Assembly: GCA_015055535.1 (NCBI GenBank)
Contig: SVIA01000004.1
Coordinates: forward strand, 1,421-65,420
From: Clostridiales bacterium
Lineage (GTDB): Bacteria; Bacillota; Clostridia; Christensenellales; UBA1242
Reading direction: 5' to 3'
Length of the DNA: 64,000 nt
Of the stretch, positions 31,095 to 41,829 are shown piece after piece. How positions within the stretch are numbered: the first letter of the stretch is position 1; each line of letters starts with the position of its first letter. The position numbers and the translations under genes are program-made. The notes beneath the pieces were generated by a model. The model was given only the letters and a program-made list of their open reading frames with translations, ran no database searches and was not told where the DNA came from.

Positions 31095-32219
31095 ATGAAT
31101 ATACAAATAAAAGAAGTTATTACAAAAAAAGATTTAAAAAAATGGGTTGATTTTCCAAATAAACTTTATAAAAATGCTGAAAATTTTGTTCCATTTTTAA
31201 CAATGGATGAAATAGAAACATTTACAAAAGAAAAAAATCCTGCTTACGAATTTTGCGATACAAAATTATTTTTAGCATATAAGGATAATAAAATTGTAGG
31301 TAGAATAGCAGGATTAATTAACCATGCTGCAAACAAAAAATGGAGAACAAATGCAATAAGGTTTACTCGTTTTGATTTTATTGATGATTTAAAAGTATCT
31401 TCAGCTCTATTTAATGCGGTTGTTGCTTGGGGAAAAGAAAATGGATTAACTAAAATTATGGGACCAATGGGCTTTACAGATTTTGACCATGAGGGAATGT
31501 TAGTAGAAGGTTATGATGAATTTAATATGTCAATAACATTCTATAACTATCCATATTACTTAGAACATCTAACAAAATTAGGCTTTGAAAAAGATGCCGA
31601 TTGGGTTGAATATCAATTAACAGTTCCAGAAAAAATAGACCCAAAACTTGAAAAAATTAGTAATTACATACAAAAACGTAATGGATATAAATTAGTTACA
31701 TATAAAAGTCGTAAAGTTTTAAAAACAGATGCTTTTGAAGCTTTTAAATTAATTGATGAAGCTTATGCCCATTTACATGGAACAGTTCCACTAACAGAAA
31801 AATTTACAGCTAAATGTATTAATGATTATATTCCTATACTTCATTTAGATTATGTTTGTTCTATTAAAGACAAAGATGATAAAATTGTTGGCTTTGCGTT
31901 ATTAGTCCCTTCTATTGCAAAAGCTAGTAAAAAATCTAACGGAAGACTTTTCCCTTTAGGGTGGATTAGAATGTTAAAAGCATTAAAAGGTTATAACGAT
32001 ACTTTAGAAATGTATTTTATTGCTGTAAAACCAGAATTACAAAAACAAGGAATTCCAGCAATTATTATGGCTCATATGCTTAAAATGCTAATAAAAAATA
32101 AGGTTAAAATATGTGAAACAGGACCAGAACTTGAACTTAATGAAAACGTTCAAAGTTTATGGAAGGATTTTGATGTTAGACAACACAAAAGAAGAAGATG
32201 TTTTAAAAAAGAAATATAA
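31095..32219 (+). CDS. GNAT-like N-acetyltransferase (long form)
   Basis: VKPELQKQGIPAIIMAHM acetyl-CoA motif-A-like segment. 374 aa. Confidence 0.5.
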   Translation: MNIQIKEVITKKDLKKWVDFPNKLYKNAENFVPFLTMDEIETFTKEKNPAYEFCDTKLFLAYKDNKIVGRIAGLINHAANKKWRTNAIRFTRFDFIDDLKVSSALFNAVVAWGKENGLTKIMGPMGFTDFDHEGMLVEGYDEFNMSITFYNYPYYLEHLTKLGFEKDADWVEYQLTVPEKIDPKLEKISNYIQKRNGYKLVTYKSRKVLKTDAFEAFKLIDEAYAHLHGTVPLTEKFTAKCINDYIPILHLDYVCSIKDKDDKIVGFALLVPSIAKASKKSNGRLFPLGWIRMLKALKGYNDTLEMYFIAVKPELQKQGIPAIIMAHMLKMLIKNKVKICETGPELELNENVQSLWKDFDVRQHKRRRCFKKEI

Positions 32220-32300
32220 ATATAAATCTACTTTGTTAAGTAGATTTTTTAATTATAGCTTAAAAAATTTGGAAGTGATTAAATTGAAATAATTTTGTGT

Positions 32301-32329
32301 TGACAATATATATTTTATGTGTTAAACTT
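32301..32329 (+). promoter_or_regulatory. promoter of paralog A
   Basis: TTGACA, 17 nt spacer, TAAACT with a TGT just upstream. AAGGAG SD follows. Confidence 0.5.
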
Positions 32330-32351
32330 ATGCAGTTTTTAAGGAGAAAAA

Positions 32352-32867
32352 ATGTTTGTAGAAAGATTAAATAAAGAGGATTTTTTAAATTTATACAAAT
32401 TAATGATTAAGAAAAATAATAAGGATACTGAAATAATTGTTGTAGATAACAATGGGTATAAAAGATTTTTTAATGAAAACCTAATAAATGGCATTAAAGA
32501 AAAATTGACTAATGATGTTATGATTATAAATGAAGATAGATTTATAACAAATGCAAATGTTAAATTTAATTCTTCCGATGACCACAAAAAACGAGATTAT
32601 TTTGCTTATTGTTTTTTCTGTGTTAAATTAGATAGTAAAAAACAGAAAGCTGCTTTAAAAAATGATTTTATTTTATTAAATGATTTTTTAATTTTATGGG
32701 AAAAAGAAGAGAATTCTCATATAGAAGCGGATGTTTTACATGACTATATGCTTAAAAAGTTTGGCGATGAATATATTTCAGCTTTAAGATTATTTATGAA
32801 AAATGAAACACAAGAAAGAATTAATTTAAAAAAAGTTAATGAGAAAGAATTAACCGAAGAAAACTAA
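32352..32867 (+). CDS. hypothetical protein, paralog A (MFVExL family)
   Basis: AAGGAG SD. Shares MFVE+L..ED, ILLNDFxLxW and KFG-EY blocks with 33003..33545. Confidence 0.6.
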   Translation: MFVERLNKEDFLNLYKLMIKKNNKDTEIIVVDNNGYKRFFNENLINGIKEKLTNDVMIINEDRFITNANVKFNSSDDHKKRDYFAYCFFCVKLDSKKQKAALKNDFILLNDFLILWEKEENSHIEADVLHDYMLKKFGDEYISALRLFMKNETQERINLKKVNEKELTEEN

Positions 32868-32950
32868 GGTGCATGTGGCACCTTTTTTATATTAAGGTTT
32901 ATTTATTTGTAATTATAAATTTATAAATAAAATACTATAAAATTAAGTAT

Positions 32951-32979
32951 TGACAAGTGAAAATTTGTATGTTAAACTA
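32951..32979 (+). promoter_or_regulatory. promoter of paralog B
   Basis: TTGACA, 17 nt spacer, TAAACT. Same architecture as 32301. Confidence 0.5.
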
Positions 32980-33002
32980 TTTTTACAAAAGGGAGAAAGA
33001 TT

Positions 33003-33545
33003 ATGTTTGTAGAAAAATTAACACATGAAGATTTAATAGAAATAATGAAAATGATGTTAAAGAATGAAAGCTTGCTAGCTCAAATTTATACATTAGAAAA
33101 AGAGTTACATACTACCATTAGCAATGATAATGCAATATTAAGAAAAATCTATTTTGCACATGGAAATACTGCCCGTGATATTTATTTAATAAATAAAGAA
33201 TATGTAGATAAAAGTTCTACACAATGTAAATTTGCCGGGAAAACCGAATTTGAAGATTTTTTGGAATGCAGTTTTGATATAATTCATTTAGAACGTATAC
33301 CAACGCTTTTAAATTCAAGAAAAATTAAAAAAACATATATTTCATCACCAATTTTAGTTAATGATTTTAATTTAAGATGGACGCATCCTGCAGATAGAGC
33401 AGTTGTTGATAAAAACCGATTTTATAAATTTATGTACAATAAATTTGGTGAAGAATATAAAATTGAACTAGAAAAACATTTTGAAAGAGAAAGTAAAGAA
33501 AAATTTGAAAAAGCTAAAAAAGAAATTGAAGAATTACAAAAATAA
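33003..33545 (+). CDS. hypothetical protein, paralog B (MFVExL family)
   Basis: GGGAG SD. Paralogous blocks shared with 32352..32867. Confidence 0.6.
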   Translation: MFVEKLTHEDLIEIMKMMLKNESLLAQIYTLEKELHTTISNDNAILRKIYFAHGNTARDIYLINKEYVDKSSTQCKFAGKTEFEDFLECSFDIIHLERIPTLLNSRKIKKTYISSPILVNDFNLRWTHPADRAVVDKNRFYKFMYNKFGEEYKIELEKHFERESKEKFEKAKKEIEELQK

Positions 33546-33610
33546 AAAATCACGGAATTAATCCGTGATTTTTTAATGTTAATTATTATTTGTTTAATTT
33601 ACTCTTATTT

Positions 33611-36600
33611 TTATAATGTAAACAAATTTTTAAGTCCGTCTAAAATTGTTTTATAAGTTGTGCTAGTTGTTTCGTTATTATCAAGAGAGTTTGAATTAGC
33701 TATAACATAGTTTTGAATTTCTGTTTTCTTATCGCTTGGTAAAAGTTCATTGGCTTGTGCACTTTCATTAACATTAGATAGTAAATTTTTAACAATATTG
33801 TTTGTAAATTCGTCAGTAAATGTTTCAGTGTTTCTAATTGTTTCTAATGCGTTAGAAACAGTGGTTGTGTCCATAGTGGAAACATCATCAGTAACACCTA
33901 CTAAATTATTTACATTATTTTTAACTGTGTTCATATCATCAACTAATGTTTTAATATCAATATTTGTTAAACTTTGTTTTAAACTATTTAATTCATCCAC
34001 AATATTTAAATCATCATCAGTAATAGCTGAAATTGCTAAATCAAATGCGTAATTTATAATGTGAGTTTTACAGTTACCTAAAATTTTACTTTCATTTAGA
34101 GTTTCTAAAATATTAGAAAGTGCTTTAATCTCTTCACTTGATAAGTTATCAAAGTTTTGAAGTGTAGTAACGTTATCAGCGAAATCTAACAAGTATTCTA
34201 ATTCAACTCTATAATCAAAGTTTTCAATTTCGCCGTTATTTGCTTTAATTATATTTGTTTTAATTTCGTTAATCATTGCTTTAATATTATTGTTTTCAAA
34301 GTTTTCACTGTCTGGAATTAAAGTGGCAGAGTAGTCAAATATTCCTTTTATTGTACATGTTTCTAATGTTTCATTGTTTATAGTGTCTCTTTTATTTATT
34401 CTTGCATGAACTTTTTCTACTAAATCAGTTATAGTTTGATTATCGGCTATTTGTTTTGCACTATTTAAAACTTCTATAAGTAGTGGTTGCATTTTAGCAC
34501 TATATATAACTGAGTTTGTATCTTGTTCAACTGTGTCAAATTTAGCTACAATATCTAAAAGTTCTAAACTGCTTCTTGCATCTGTTAATTCTAAGTTTTT
34601 AACAGTCATAATTTTATCTAGTAATGGTTTTAGTGCTGTTAGTTCTTTTTCCCAAGAAATATTTGTTTCGGTTATTTTTAAAGTGTCTAGAACTCTACTA
34701 AAAGTAGCCATGCCACTTGTATTTTTAGTTGTATTCAAAATATCATTGTAAGTGTCTTTAATAACGCCACCAAATATAGTTGTTTTTTCTAAATCGTCAA
34801 ACAGTTTTCCAATGTTAGTTAAATTTAATTTTGTAATATCTAATTGAGATTTTCCTTTTAATTCAGTTTTATAAACTAGTTCAAAGTCAGTGAATGCAAC
34901 AGAGAATTTAGTCATTTCGTCATTCCAGTTTGTAACTTTATCTAAATTTTCTATAGCTGAGTCTATATTAAATGGTAATTCTAACATATTTAATAATGAT
35001 TGTACTGATTCAGTTAAATCATTATATTGAGTTGTAGATAATACTTCATTATCTTTTGTTAAGCTTAAAATATTTCCAATATAATTAAACGTTGTTTCAT
35101 CTAAATATAAATCCGAATTAATATCTAAAGTTTTAATTCCATCAATTGCATTACTTAAAATTGTAGATAAAACTGTTTGAGCTTTTTCTTTTGTAATGTT
35201 ATTTGTAGAATAATCTATTTTTAAGAAAGTAAATAATGCATCTAGTCCACCGTCTATTAAACTAGGAGAGATATCATTAATTAAACTTATACTTGTTAAT
35301 TTGTCCGAAATATCTGTACTAAAAGTATCGTTAGAAGATTTAATTAAGACAAAATAATCTTCAGTAGATAATTCTTCACCTGTACTTATTGAATTATATA
35401 CAGGAGTTAAAATGTTATTGTTATTTACTATTTCTAAAGTTGAAACTAAATCTAATAAAATATTTTTAACATTAGAAAAATCATGATTTTTTAAACTTCT
35501 TAATGCACTAGTTGTAATTAAGTTAATAGCTTCTTCTTCAGTTATGCTTTCTGGTAGTTTTATAGAGTAATCAGGATCATCTAAAATGCCTTCTATCACT
35601 TTAGGTAATATATAATTACCAACTGCATTTAGTGTTTTTACTTCAAATACATTGTGCACTAACGTTTTGGTAGTATCTAAAACTTTTGTCATTTCTTCTT
35701 TGGTTAATGTTTCTTTTCTTAAATAGTTGTTTAATGTTAAGTAATCTGTATAAACTGTTACTATACTGTTTACTTCATCAACTAGTTTTATTTCGGTTTT
35801 GTTAACTTTGGCAGAAGCTAAGTTGTTAAATGTAAGTGTACTTAATCCTTCAATTCCGGTAATTCTTGCAAAATTAATTCCAATACAATTATTATATGCA
35901 TTTATATAAGGGGTACAATCTGTACCTATTAAGTCACTTAATAATGTGCTAGATAATGTTTCGTTTGGCAAATCATCTGCGTGCAACACTAATGTGTTAG
36001 ATGTAACAGGGATGCCATTTTCATCTGTTTTAATTTTATTTAATTGAATAAATATGTTGCCCACACCAAAAATAGGTGTAAAAGTTGCAAAAATAATTAT
36101 TAAACCAGAAACAGCACCAATTAATGCACCAACTAAACGATGTTTTTTCTTTTTTACTGGTTTACCATTAGCATTAAATTGTTTTTTCTTATTTCTAAAT
36201 GGTTTTATAATTAATAAAATTAATTTTACTATTAAAGAAATAACAAATGCAATAAGTTTGCAAATCCAAAACAATAGTGTAAATATAATTGGCGAAGCTA
36301 TCATTAGAGGTAATTTAACCACTAGTTCTACAGCTTCTGGATTATTTCCAATAATATCTGCAATTGTTGGTTCAGATTGAAGTAAATCTAATATATATTG
36401 ATTGATTGTTGTAATTTGTTCTCCATTAACTACAATATTGTAACTAGTCAAGTCAAAATCTAAAATAAAGTTTGCAATAGAACCTGTTAGAATTAAAGCT
36501 ATTATAACAATGGTTAAATTTATAAGTCCGTTAACTAAACTAGATTTAAAGCCTTGAATTATACCGTTTAAAATACAAACGGTGATTATCAATAAAATAA

Positions 36601-36634
36601 TGCCTGTAACAATTAAACTAATAGTTGATTCCAT
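33611..36634 (-). CDS. very large membrane protein with CvpA-like N-terminal TM bundle and long helical domain
   Basis: The ATG at 36634 is preceded by TAGGAG. About 200 aa with 4-5 TM helices, then about 800 aa of D/E/N/T/L-rich sequence with no recognisable catalytic motif. Confidence 0.7.
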   Translation of the reverse strand: MESTISLIVTGIILLIITVCILNGIIQGFKSSLVNGLINLTIVIIALILTGSIANFILDFDLTSYNIVVNGEQITTINQYILDLLQSEPTIADIIGNNPEAVELVVKLPLMIASPIIFTLLFWICKLIAFVISLIVKLILLIIKPFRNKKKQFNANGKPVKKKKHRLVGALIGAVSGLIIIFATFTPIFGVGNIFIQLNKIKTDENGIPVTSNTLVLHADDLPNETLSSTLLSDLIGTDCTPYINAYNNCIGINFARITGIEGLSTLTFNNLASAKVNKTEIKLVDEVNSIVTVYTDYLTLNNYLRKETLTKEEMTKVLDTTKTLVHNVFEVKTLNAVGNYILPKVIEGILDDPDYSIKLPESITEEEAINLITTSALRSLKNHDFSNVKNILLDLVSTLEIVNNNNILTPVYNSISTGEELSTEDYFVLIKSSNDTFSTDISDKLTSISLINDISPSLIDGGLDALFTFLKIDYSTNNITKEKAQTVLSTILSNAIDGIKTLDINSDLYLDETTFNYIGNILSLTKDNEVLSTTQYNDLTESVQSLLNMLELPFNIDSAIENLDKVTNWNDEMTKFSVAFTDFELVYKTELKGKSQLDITKLNLTNIGKLFDDLEKTTIFGGVIKDTYNDILNTTKNTSGMATFSRVLDTLKITETNISWEKELTALKPLLDKIMTVKNLELTDARSSLELLDIVAKFDTVEQDTNSVIYSAKMQPLLIEVLNSAKQIADNQTITDLVEKVHARINKRDTINNETLETCTIKGIFDYSATLIPDSENFENNNIKAMINEIKTNIIKANNGEIENFDYRVELEYLLDFADNVTTLQNFDNLSSEEIKALSNILETLNESKILGNCKTHIINYAFDLAISAITDDDLNIVDELNSLKQSLTNIDIKTLVDDMNTVKNNVNNLVGVTDDVSTMDTTTVSNALETIRNTETFTDEFTNNIVKNLLSNVNESAQANELLPSDKKTEIQNYVIANSNSLDNNETTSTTYKTILDGLKNLFTL

Positions 36635-36797
36635 AAACACTCCTATAAAAATATTTTCCTAATTATTTATAATTATAACATAAAATAATAAACAAACAAA
36701 AAATAATGAAGAATTTATTTAATTTAATAGAAAATAAATTTTAATTTTTAATAATTTGTGTTAATTTAAAAATATTAAAAAAGTTTTAATTTTTCAC

Positions 36798-36826
36798 TTG
36801 ACAAAAACGTTATTTTAGAGTAAACT
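36798..36826 (+). promoter_or_regulatory. promoter of the rplM-rpsI operon
   Basis: TTGACA, 17 nt spacer, TAAACT, followed by a ~70 nt leader. Confidence 0.5.
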
Positions 36827-36903
36827 TAAACGTAAATATTTATTTTGAATTAGCCCCTTAAAGTAAATAGTTTAAATTGAATAGATAAATGTTTGGAGGA
36901 ATT

Positions 36904-37347
36904 ATGAAATCATATATGGCAAATCCTTTAAATGTGGAAAGAAAATGGTATGTTATTGATGCTTCTAATATTGCATTAGGAAGACTAGCTAGTCAAGTTG
37001 CATCAATTCTTCGTGGAAAAAACAAACCTACTTATACTCCACATGTAGATACTGGGGATTATGTTATTGTTATCAATAGCGATAAAGTTAAATTAACAGG
37101 TAAAAAATTACAACAAAAAATGTACCGTCATCATACTGGTTACATTGGTAATATGAAAGAAGAAAACTATCAAAAATTAATGAGTGAAAGAAGTGACTTT
37201 GCAGTTGAACTTGCTGTTAAAGGAATGCTTCCAAAAACAAACCTTGGTAGAGAAATGTTAAAAAAATTAAAGGTTTATAAAGGAGCTGAACACAATCATG
37301 AAGCTCAAAAACCTGAAGTTTTAGTTTTAAAGGAGGCAAATAAATAA
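36904..37347 (+). CDS. rplM: 50S ribosomal protein L13
   Basis: RKWYVIDA...LGRLAS...[17 protein letters not shown] signature. GGAGGA SD. Confidence 0.95.
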   Translation: MKSYMANPLNVERKWYVIDASNIALGRLASQVASILRGKNKPTYTPHVDTGDYVIVINSDKVKLTGKKLQQKMYRHHTGYIGNMKEENYQKLMSERSDFAVELAVKGMLPKTNLGREMLKKLKVYKGAEHNHEAQKPEVLVLKEANK

Positions 37348-37766
37348 TGGCAGTTACTAAAAAAGTAAAACAAGATAAAACACTTGCTCCTTTAATTGCA
37401 GGAAGAAGAAAAACTTCTGTTGCTAGAGTAAGAGTTACAAGTGGTACTGGTAAAATTACTATTAATAAAAAAGATATTAATGAATATTTTTCATTAGAAA
37501 CAATGAAACAAATTGTTAAACAACCATTAGTTTTAACAAATACATTAGATAAAGTTGATGTATTAGTTAACGTTTATGGTGGCGGATTATCTGGTCAAGC
37601 TGGTGCAATTAGACAAGGTATTGCTAGAGGATTAGTTAAACTTGATGAAACATATAAACCAGAACTTAAAAAAGCAGGCTTTTTAACTAGAGATGCTAGA
37701 AGTAAAGAAAGAAAAAAATATGGTTTAAAGAAAGCAAGAAAAGCACCTCAATTTACAAAAAGATAA
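37347..37766 (+). CDS. rpsI: 30S ribosomal protein S9
   Basis: [10 protein letters not shown]...[19 protein letters not shown]...[12 protein letters not shown]...KAPQFTKR. Confidence 0.95.
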   Translation: MAVTKKVKQDKTLAPLIAGRRKTSVARVRVTSGTGKITINKKDINEYFSLETMKQIVKQPLVLTNTLDKVDVLVNVYGGGLSGQAGAIRQGIARGLVKLDETYKPELKKAGFLTRDARSKERKKYGLKKARKAPQFTKR

Positions 37767-37774
37767 TTATTTTA

Positions 37775-37806
37775 TGGCAACAACTATTTGGTTGTTGCTT
37801 TTTTAT
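37775..37806 (+). terminator. Rho-independent terminator after rpsI
   Basis: gcaacaac-tatttg-gttgttgc hairpin plus T-run. Confidence 0.7.
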
Positions 37807-37890
37807 TGACAAATTTATAAATATTTGTTAATTTTGAATTGAATTAAATTAAAAACTATGGATAAATTAAATTAAAACTAAGGAGTTATT

Positions 37891-38811
37891 ATGTACGATG
37901 TTATAATTATTGGCGGTGGGCCTAGTGGAATTACAGCGGGTATTTATGCTATAAGAAGTGGATTAAAAACATTGGTATTAGAAAAAACTAATTTAGGTGG
38001 TCAAGTAATAAATACTTACGAAATAAAAAATTTTCCAACATATACAAACATTAGTGGAACAGATTTTTGTAGTTTATTATATTCTCAAGCAGAGTATAAT
38101 AACTTAGAAATTAAGTATGAAGAAGTTGTGGAAGCTAACTTGTCTGAAAATATAAAAAAAATTAAAACTAACACTAATGCTTATGAAAGCAAAACCGTAA
38201 TAATTTGTAGTGGAGCAAAACCTAAAAATTTAAATTTAGAAAATGAACAAGAACTTGTTGGTAAAGGCATAAGTTATTGTGCGTTATGTGACGGAAATTT
38301 TTTTAAAAATAAAACTGTTGCTGTAATTGGAGGAGGAGATACAGCATTAGAAGATAGTATTTACTTAAGCGGTCTATGCAAAAAAGTTTATATTATAAAT
38401 AGGTCGAATAAACTAAGAGGCCAACAAATTTTACAAGATAGTTTAAAAGTGCATATTCAAGAAAATAAAAACATAGAATTAATGTATAATGCAGAAGTTA
38501 ATAAAATTTATGGCGATAATTTCTTAACAAGTATAGACGTTTTAGACAAAACCACTAATACTATAAAAAATTTAGAAGTGGATGGGATGTTTTTGGCAAT
38601 TGGTAGAACTCCAGATACCGATAAGTTTAACAAACAAATCAAATTAAATGACTATGGCTATATTGTTGTTAATAATAAAATGCAGACATCTTTAAAAGGT
38701 GTTTTTGCTGGCGGAGACTGTATTGAAAAAGAAATTAGACAAATTTTAACAGCATGTAGTGACGGAGCTCTTTGTGCAACTTTTGCAAATCATTATATAA
38801 AAGGGGAATAA
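37891..38811 (+). CDS. trxB: thioredoxin-disulfide reductase
   Basis: IIIGGGPSG, redox-active CALCDG, GGGDTA, GGD motifs. Confidence 0.9.
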   Translation: MYDVIIIGGGPSGITAGIYAIRSGLKTLVLEKTNLGGQVINTYEIKNFPTYTNISGTDFCSLLYSQAEYNNLEIKYEEVVEANLSENIKKIKTNTNAYESKTVIICSGAKPKNLNLENEQELVGKGISYCALCDGNFFKNKTVAVIGGGDTALEDSIYLSGLCKKVYIINRSNKLRGQQILQDSLKVHIQENKNIELMYNAEVNKIYGDNFLTSIDVLDKTTNTIKNLEVDGMFLAIGRTPDTDKFNKQIKLNDYGYIVVNNKMQTSLKGVFAGGDCIEKEIRQILTACSDGALCATFANHYIKGE

Positions 38812-38812
38812 T

Positions 38813-39622
38813 TTGTCTTTATTTTGTGATGGAAAATTAAATATAACTAAATTAAAAAGTGCAAAAGAAATTTTAACTAAAGTTTCTAATGCACTTTTTA
38901 TTTTAAGTAAATCACCAGTTTTTAACAGTAGATTAGCAATAGGCGGAACTTACCATAAAAAATACTACACATATATATGCAAAGGTTTTTTTAATGGTTT
39001 AAATACAGTATTTATGCAAAAAAATGTGCAAATAAGTGAGTTTGTTTATAATTTAAAGCAAAATATGTGCAACTTTGGAATTTATTTTTATAAAGAAAAT
39101 AATCAATTGTTTTTAAAAATTTATGCGGGAAACTCATTTTTAATAGACATAAATCAGCAAAATTTTATTGAAAGCTATTTAAATAAAAACAACATTATAA
39201 TAAACAATAAAGAAAAATTTGAAGAATTTATTAATTTTTATGAGAAAAACTATTTAAAAAAAATAAGTTTATTTAATTTTGAAATTGAAAGCAGAAATAA
39301 TCATATTCAAAACCAAATAGAAAAATATAAACTAAGTCAAAATTGTAAAATTAAAATAGTAATTGAAAAAGATTTAGAATATAAAATTTTAGATGAAGAA
39401 AATAATGAATTAAACAAAGAAAAAATTTTTAAAAATTATAAAAAATCAAATTCGAGCGATGATGAAATTATAAAATTAATAAATTTAACTGGCGAAAAAA
39501 AGTTTGTAAATAAAAACTATTTATTATATAATGAATTAACAAATAATTTTGATGTATTCAAAACTTTGAAATATATTTCTTGGAGAGTAACAAATGATAA
39601 AAATCACAAAAAATTGGTATGA
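38813..39622 (+). CDS. hypothetical protein
   Basis: Uninterrupted 269-codon ORF (TTG start per track) packed between trxB and ung. No motif recognised. Confidence 0.45.
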   Translation: MSLFCDGKLNITKLKSAKEILTKVSNALFILSKSPVFNSRLAIGGTYHKKYYTYICKGFFNGLNTVFMQKNVQISEFVYNLKQNMCNFGIYFYKENNQLFLKIYAGNSFLIDINQQNFIESYLNKNNIIINNKEKFEEFINFYEKNYLKKISLFNFEIESRNNHIQNQIEKYKLSQNCKIKIVIEKDLEYKILDEENNELNKEKIFKNYKKSNSSDDEIIKLINLTGEKKFVNKNYLLYNELTNNFDVFKTLKYISWRVTNDKNHKKLV

Positions 39623-40262
39623 ACTATTAAAAGAAGAATTTGAAAAATCTTATTTTCAAAATCTTCAAAACTTTTTAGATGAAGAATATTCAAATTTTAC
39701 TATTTATCCAAAAGTTGAAAATATTTTTAATGCTTTAAATAAAGTGAAATATGATGATGTGAAAGTTGTAATAATAGGGCAAGATCCTTATCATGAACCA
39801 AATCAGGCACACGGGCTTTCATTTTCCGTTGAAAGTGATGTAAAACTTCCACCATCACTTCAAAATATTTATAAAGAAATAAAAAATGATTTGGGAATTG
39901 AAATTTCAAAATCGGGCAATTTAACTTGCTGGGCAAAACAAGGAGTGTTATTATTAAATACGGTTTTAACCGTTCGTCGCGGTCAAGCAAATTCTCATAA
40001 AGATAAAGGGTGGGAGACTTTAACAAGTAAAATTTTAGAAATTTTAAATAAAAGAGAAAAACCAATAGTATTTTTACTTTGGGGAAATAGTGCTAAAAAA
40101 ATTGGTGAAAAAATTACAAATAACAATCATTTAAAATTGTTTTCTGCTCATCCTAGCCCACTTAGTGCGTATAATGGTTTTTTCGGTTGTAAACATTTTT
40201 CTAAAACAAATGAATTTTTAGAAAAAGTTGGGCAAAAACCAATTGATTGGAGTGTAACATAA
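39594..40262 (+). CDS. ung: uracil-DNA glycosylase
   Basis: GQDPYH, HGLSFSV, LLLNTVLTV, HPSPLS motifs. Confidence 0.95.
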   Translation: MIKITKNWYELLKEEFEKSYFQNLQNFLDEEYSNFTIYPKVENIFNALNKVKYDDVKVVIIGQDPYHEPNQAHGLSFSVESDVKLPPSLQNIYKEIKNDLGIEISKSGNLTCWAKQGVLLLNTVLTVRRGQANSHKDKGWETLTSKILEILNKREKPIVFLLWGNSAKKIGEKITNNNHLKLFSAHPSPLSAYNGFFGCKHFSKTNEFLEKVGQKPIDWSVT

Positions 40263-40339
40263 AATTAAAATTGCCTATTGATTTTGTTAAAATAATGTGA
40301 TACAATTTAAATATAAATGAAAATTAATGGAGATTATTT

Positions 40340-40882
40340 ATGAATGAGACTATTTTAGCACTTTTAATACTTTTTATTTTCATTGCTATTGCAGTGGTAG
40401 TGTTTATTTTTATAAAAAAAGCTGAAAAGAAAAGAGCAAATAATAATAAAAAGGCAAAGTTTGATGGAAAACCTAGACTAAAACTAAATTTACCCTTTTT
40501 AACCAATAATGAAGTTAAATTTTTAGCTGTTTTTCAAAATTCACTTCCAAGTGAATATGTTGCGTTTCCAAAGGTTGTTATGCATAGTTTGGTAAAGCCA
40601 GATGGCGGACTTGTTGTATATAATGAAATTAAAGATGATGTATTAGATGTTGTAGTATTTTTAAAAAATAAAATGCAACCAGTTTTAGTTGTCGATTTAA
40701 TTGACCCAGCAAGAGGAGATAATGCGGCAACAAAATATAACGAGTACACTCAAAAAAGTATTAAAAGTTTAAGTTTACCTGTTTTAAATGTAACACTAGA
40801 TCATGATTTTGATAAAATTGAATTATTAAATGCTTTCTTAGATAAAATGGATCCAATAAGCATTGCACAATTAAAAAAATAA
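40340..40882 (+). CDS. membrane-anchored DUF2726-like (NERD/endonuclease-fold) protein
   Basis: N-terminal TM. Core E..FL..F...LP..Y.AFPKV...LDVVVF.....PVLVVDL resembles DUF2726. Confidence 0.55.
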   Translation: MNETILALLILFIFIAIAVVVFIFIKKAEKKRANNNKKAKFDGKPRLKLNLPFLTNNEVKFLAVFQNSLPSEYVAFPKVVMHSLVKPDGGLVVYNEIKDDVLDVVVFLKNKMQPVLVVDLIDPARGDNAATKYNEYTQKSIKSLSLPVLNVTLDHDFDKIELLNAFLDKMDPISIAQLKK

Positions 40883-41009
40883 AACTCTTAGCGCCTAAGA
40901 GTTTTTTTATTTAAATATATAAAAATGATTGACAAATTAATTTTATATTTATTAAAATATAAATAATTAGCTTTTGTATAGACAAAATATAATAAAGGGG
41001 AATGAGCTA

Positions 41010-41657
41010 GTGATTAATAAAAAAACTGGGTTTAAAAATCTTTTAGTAATTGTTGTGTTGGCTATATTATTGGTAATAAATGCTGTAGTTACACTAGCTT
41101 ACTTTACAGATAGGGATGCAGCGGATGGTACAACAATTAACTTTGGTACAATAGAAATTACTACAAATAAAAATGACTGGTTTAGTACAGCTGAAAATTT
41201 TTATGGTGTAATAAAACCGGGAGATAAAATTTTAGCAAACGATCTTCAATTTAATTTGGCGGCAAATGCTTCTGCTATGTATGTTCGTATAAAGGTAGAG
41301 ATTTCAAGCGAATCTACAAATTCAGAAGTTGTAAAAATGGTTGAATATTTACAAAATGATTGGGCAATTGTTACAAATAGTGAATCAGATTATAATTGGA
41401 GTGTAAAAACTGATGGTTGCTATTATTTAATGAATTCTGATAGTTCTGCGCTTTTATCGGTAGCTAGTGTAAGAACATCGGATTATATATTTTCAACACA
41501 AGAAAATTGTATTATTCCATTTGAACTTGAGTATGATGGTGAATTAATGGAATCTGATTCAATTTTAATTAAAATTACTGTTGAAGCTATACAATCTGCC
41601 AACGTTGAAAACACTATAAGCGCGGCAGCAACTATATTTGATTTAATTACAGATTAA
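41010..41657 (+). CDS. TasA/camelysin-like secreted protein with SipW-type signal peptide
   Basis: GTG start after AAGGGGA. The signal peptide ends in LAYFTDRDAA, characteristic of the SipW-dependent TasA/CalY family. Confidence 0.6.
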   Translation: MINKKTGFKNLLVIVVLAILLVINAVVTLAYFTDRDAADGTTINFGTIEITTNKNDWFSTAENFYGVIKPGDKILANDLQFNLAANASAMYVRIKVEISSESTNSEVVKMVEYLQNDWAIVTNSESDYNWSVKTDGCYYLMNSDSSALLSVASVRTSDYIFSTQENCIIPFELEYDGELMESDSILIKITVEAIQSANVENTISAAATIFDLITD

Positions 41658-41829
41658 AAATGCAGAAATGCATTTTTTTTGATTAATAATAAAAGATTAT
41701 TTTAGAAAAATTTTGGTTAAAATAAATTTTAAATGTTTTTTTTATTTTAAAAAATAATTAATTTAGTTATTTTAGAAAAAATTAAAATATTTTGTTGATT
41801 TTGAAATTTTATTGTGTTATAATTTTATC

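Noticed and set aside
36827-36903. Possible ribosomal-protein (L13) leader upstream of rplM
   Set aside because: The leader is short and AT-rich, and I could not find a convincing conserved helix by eye. It would need a covariance-model scan.
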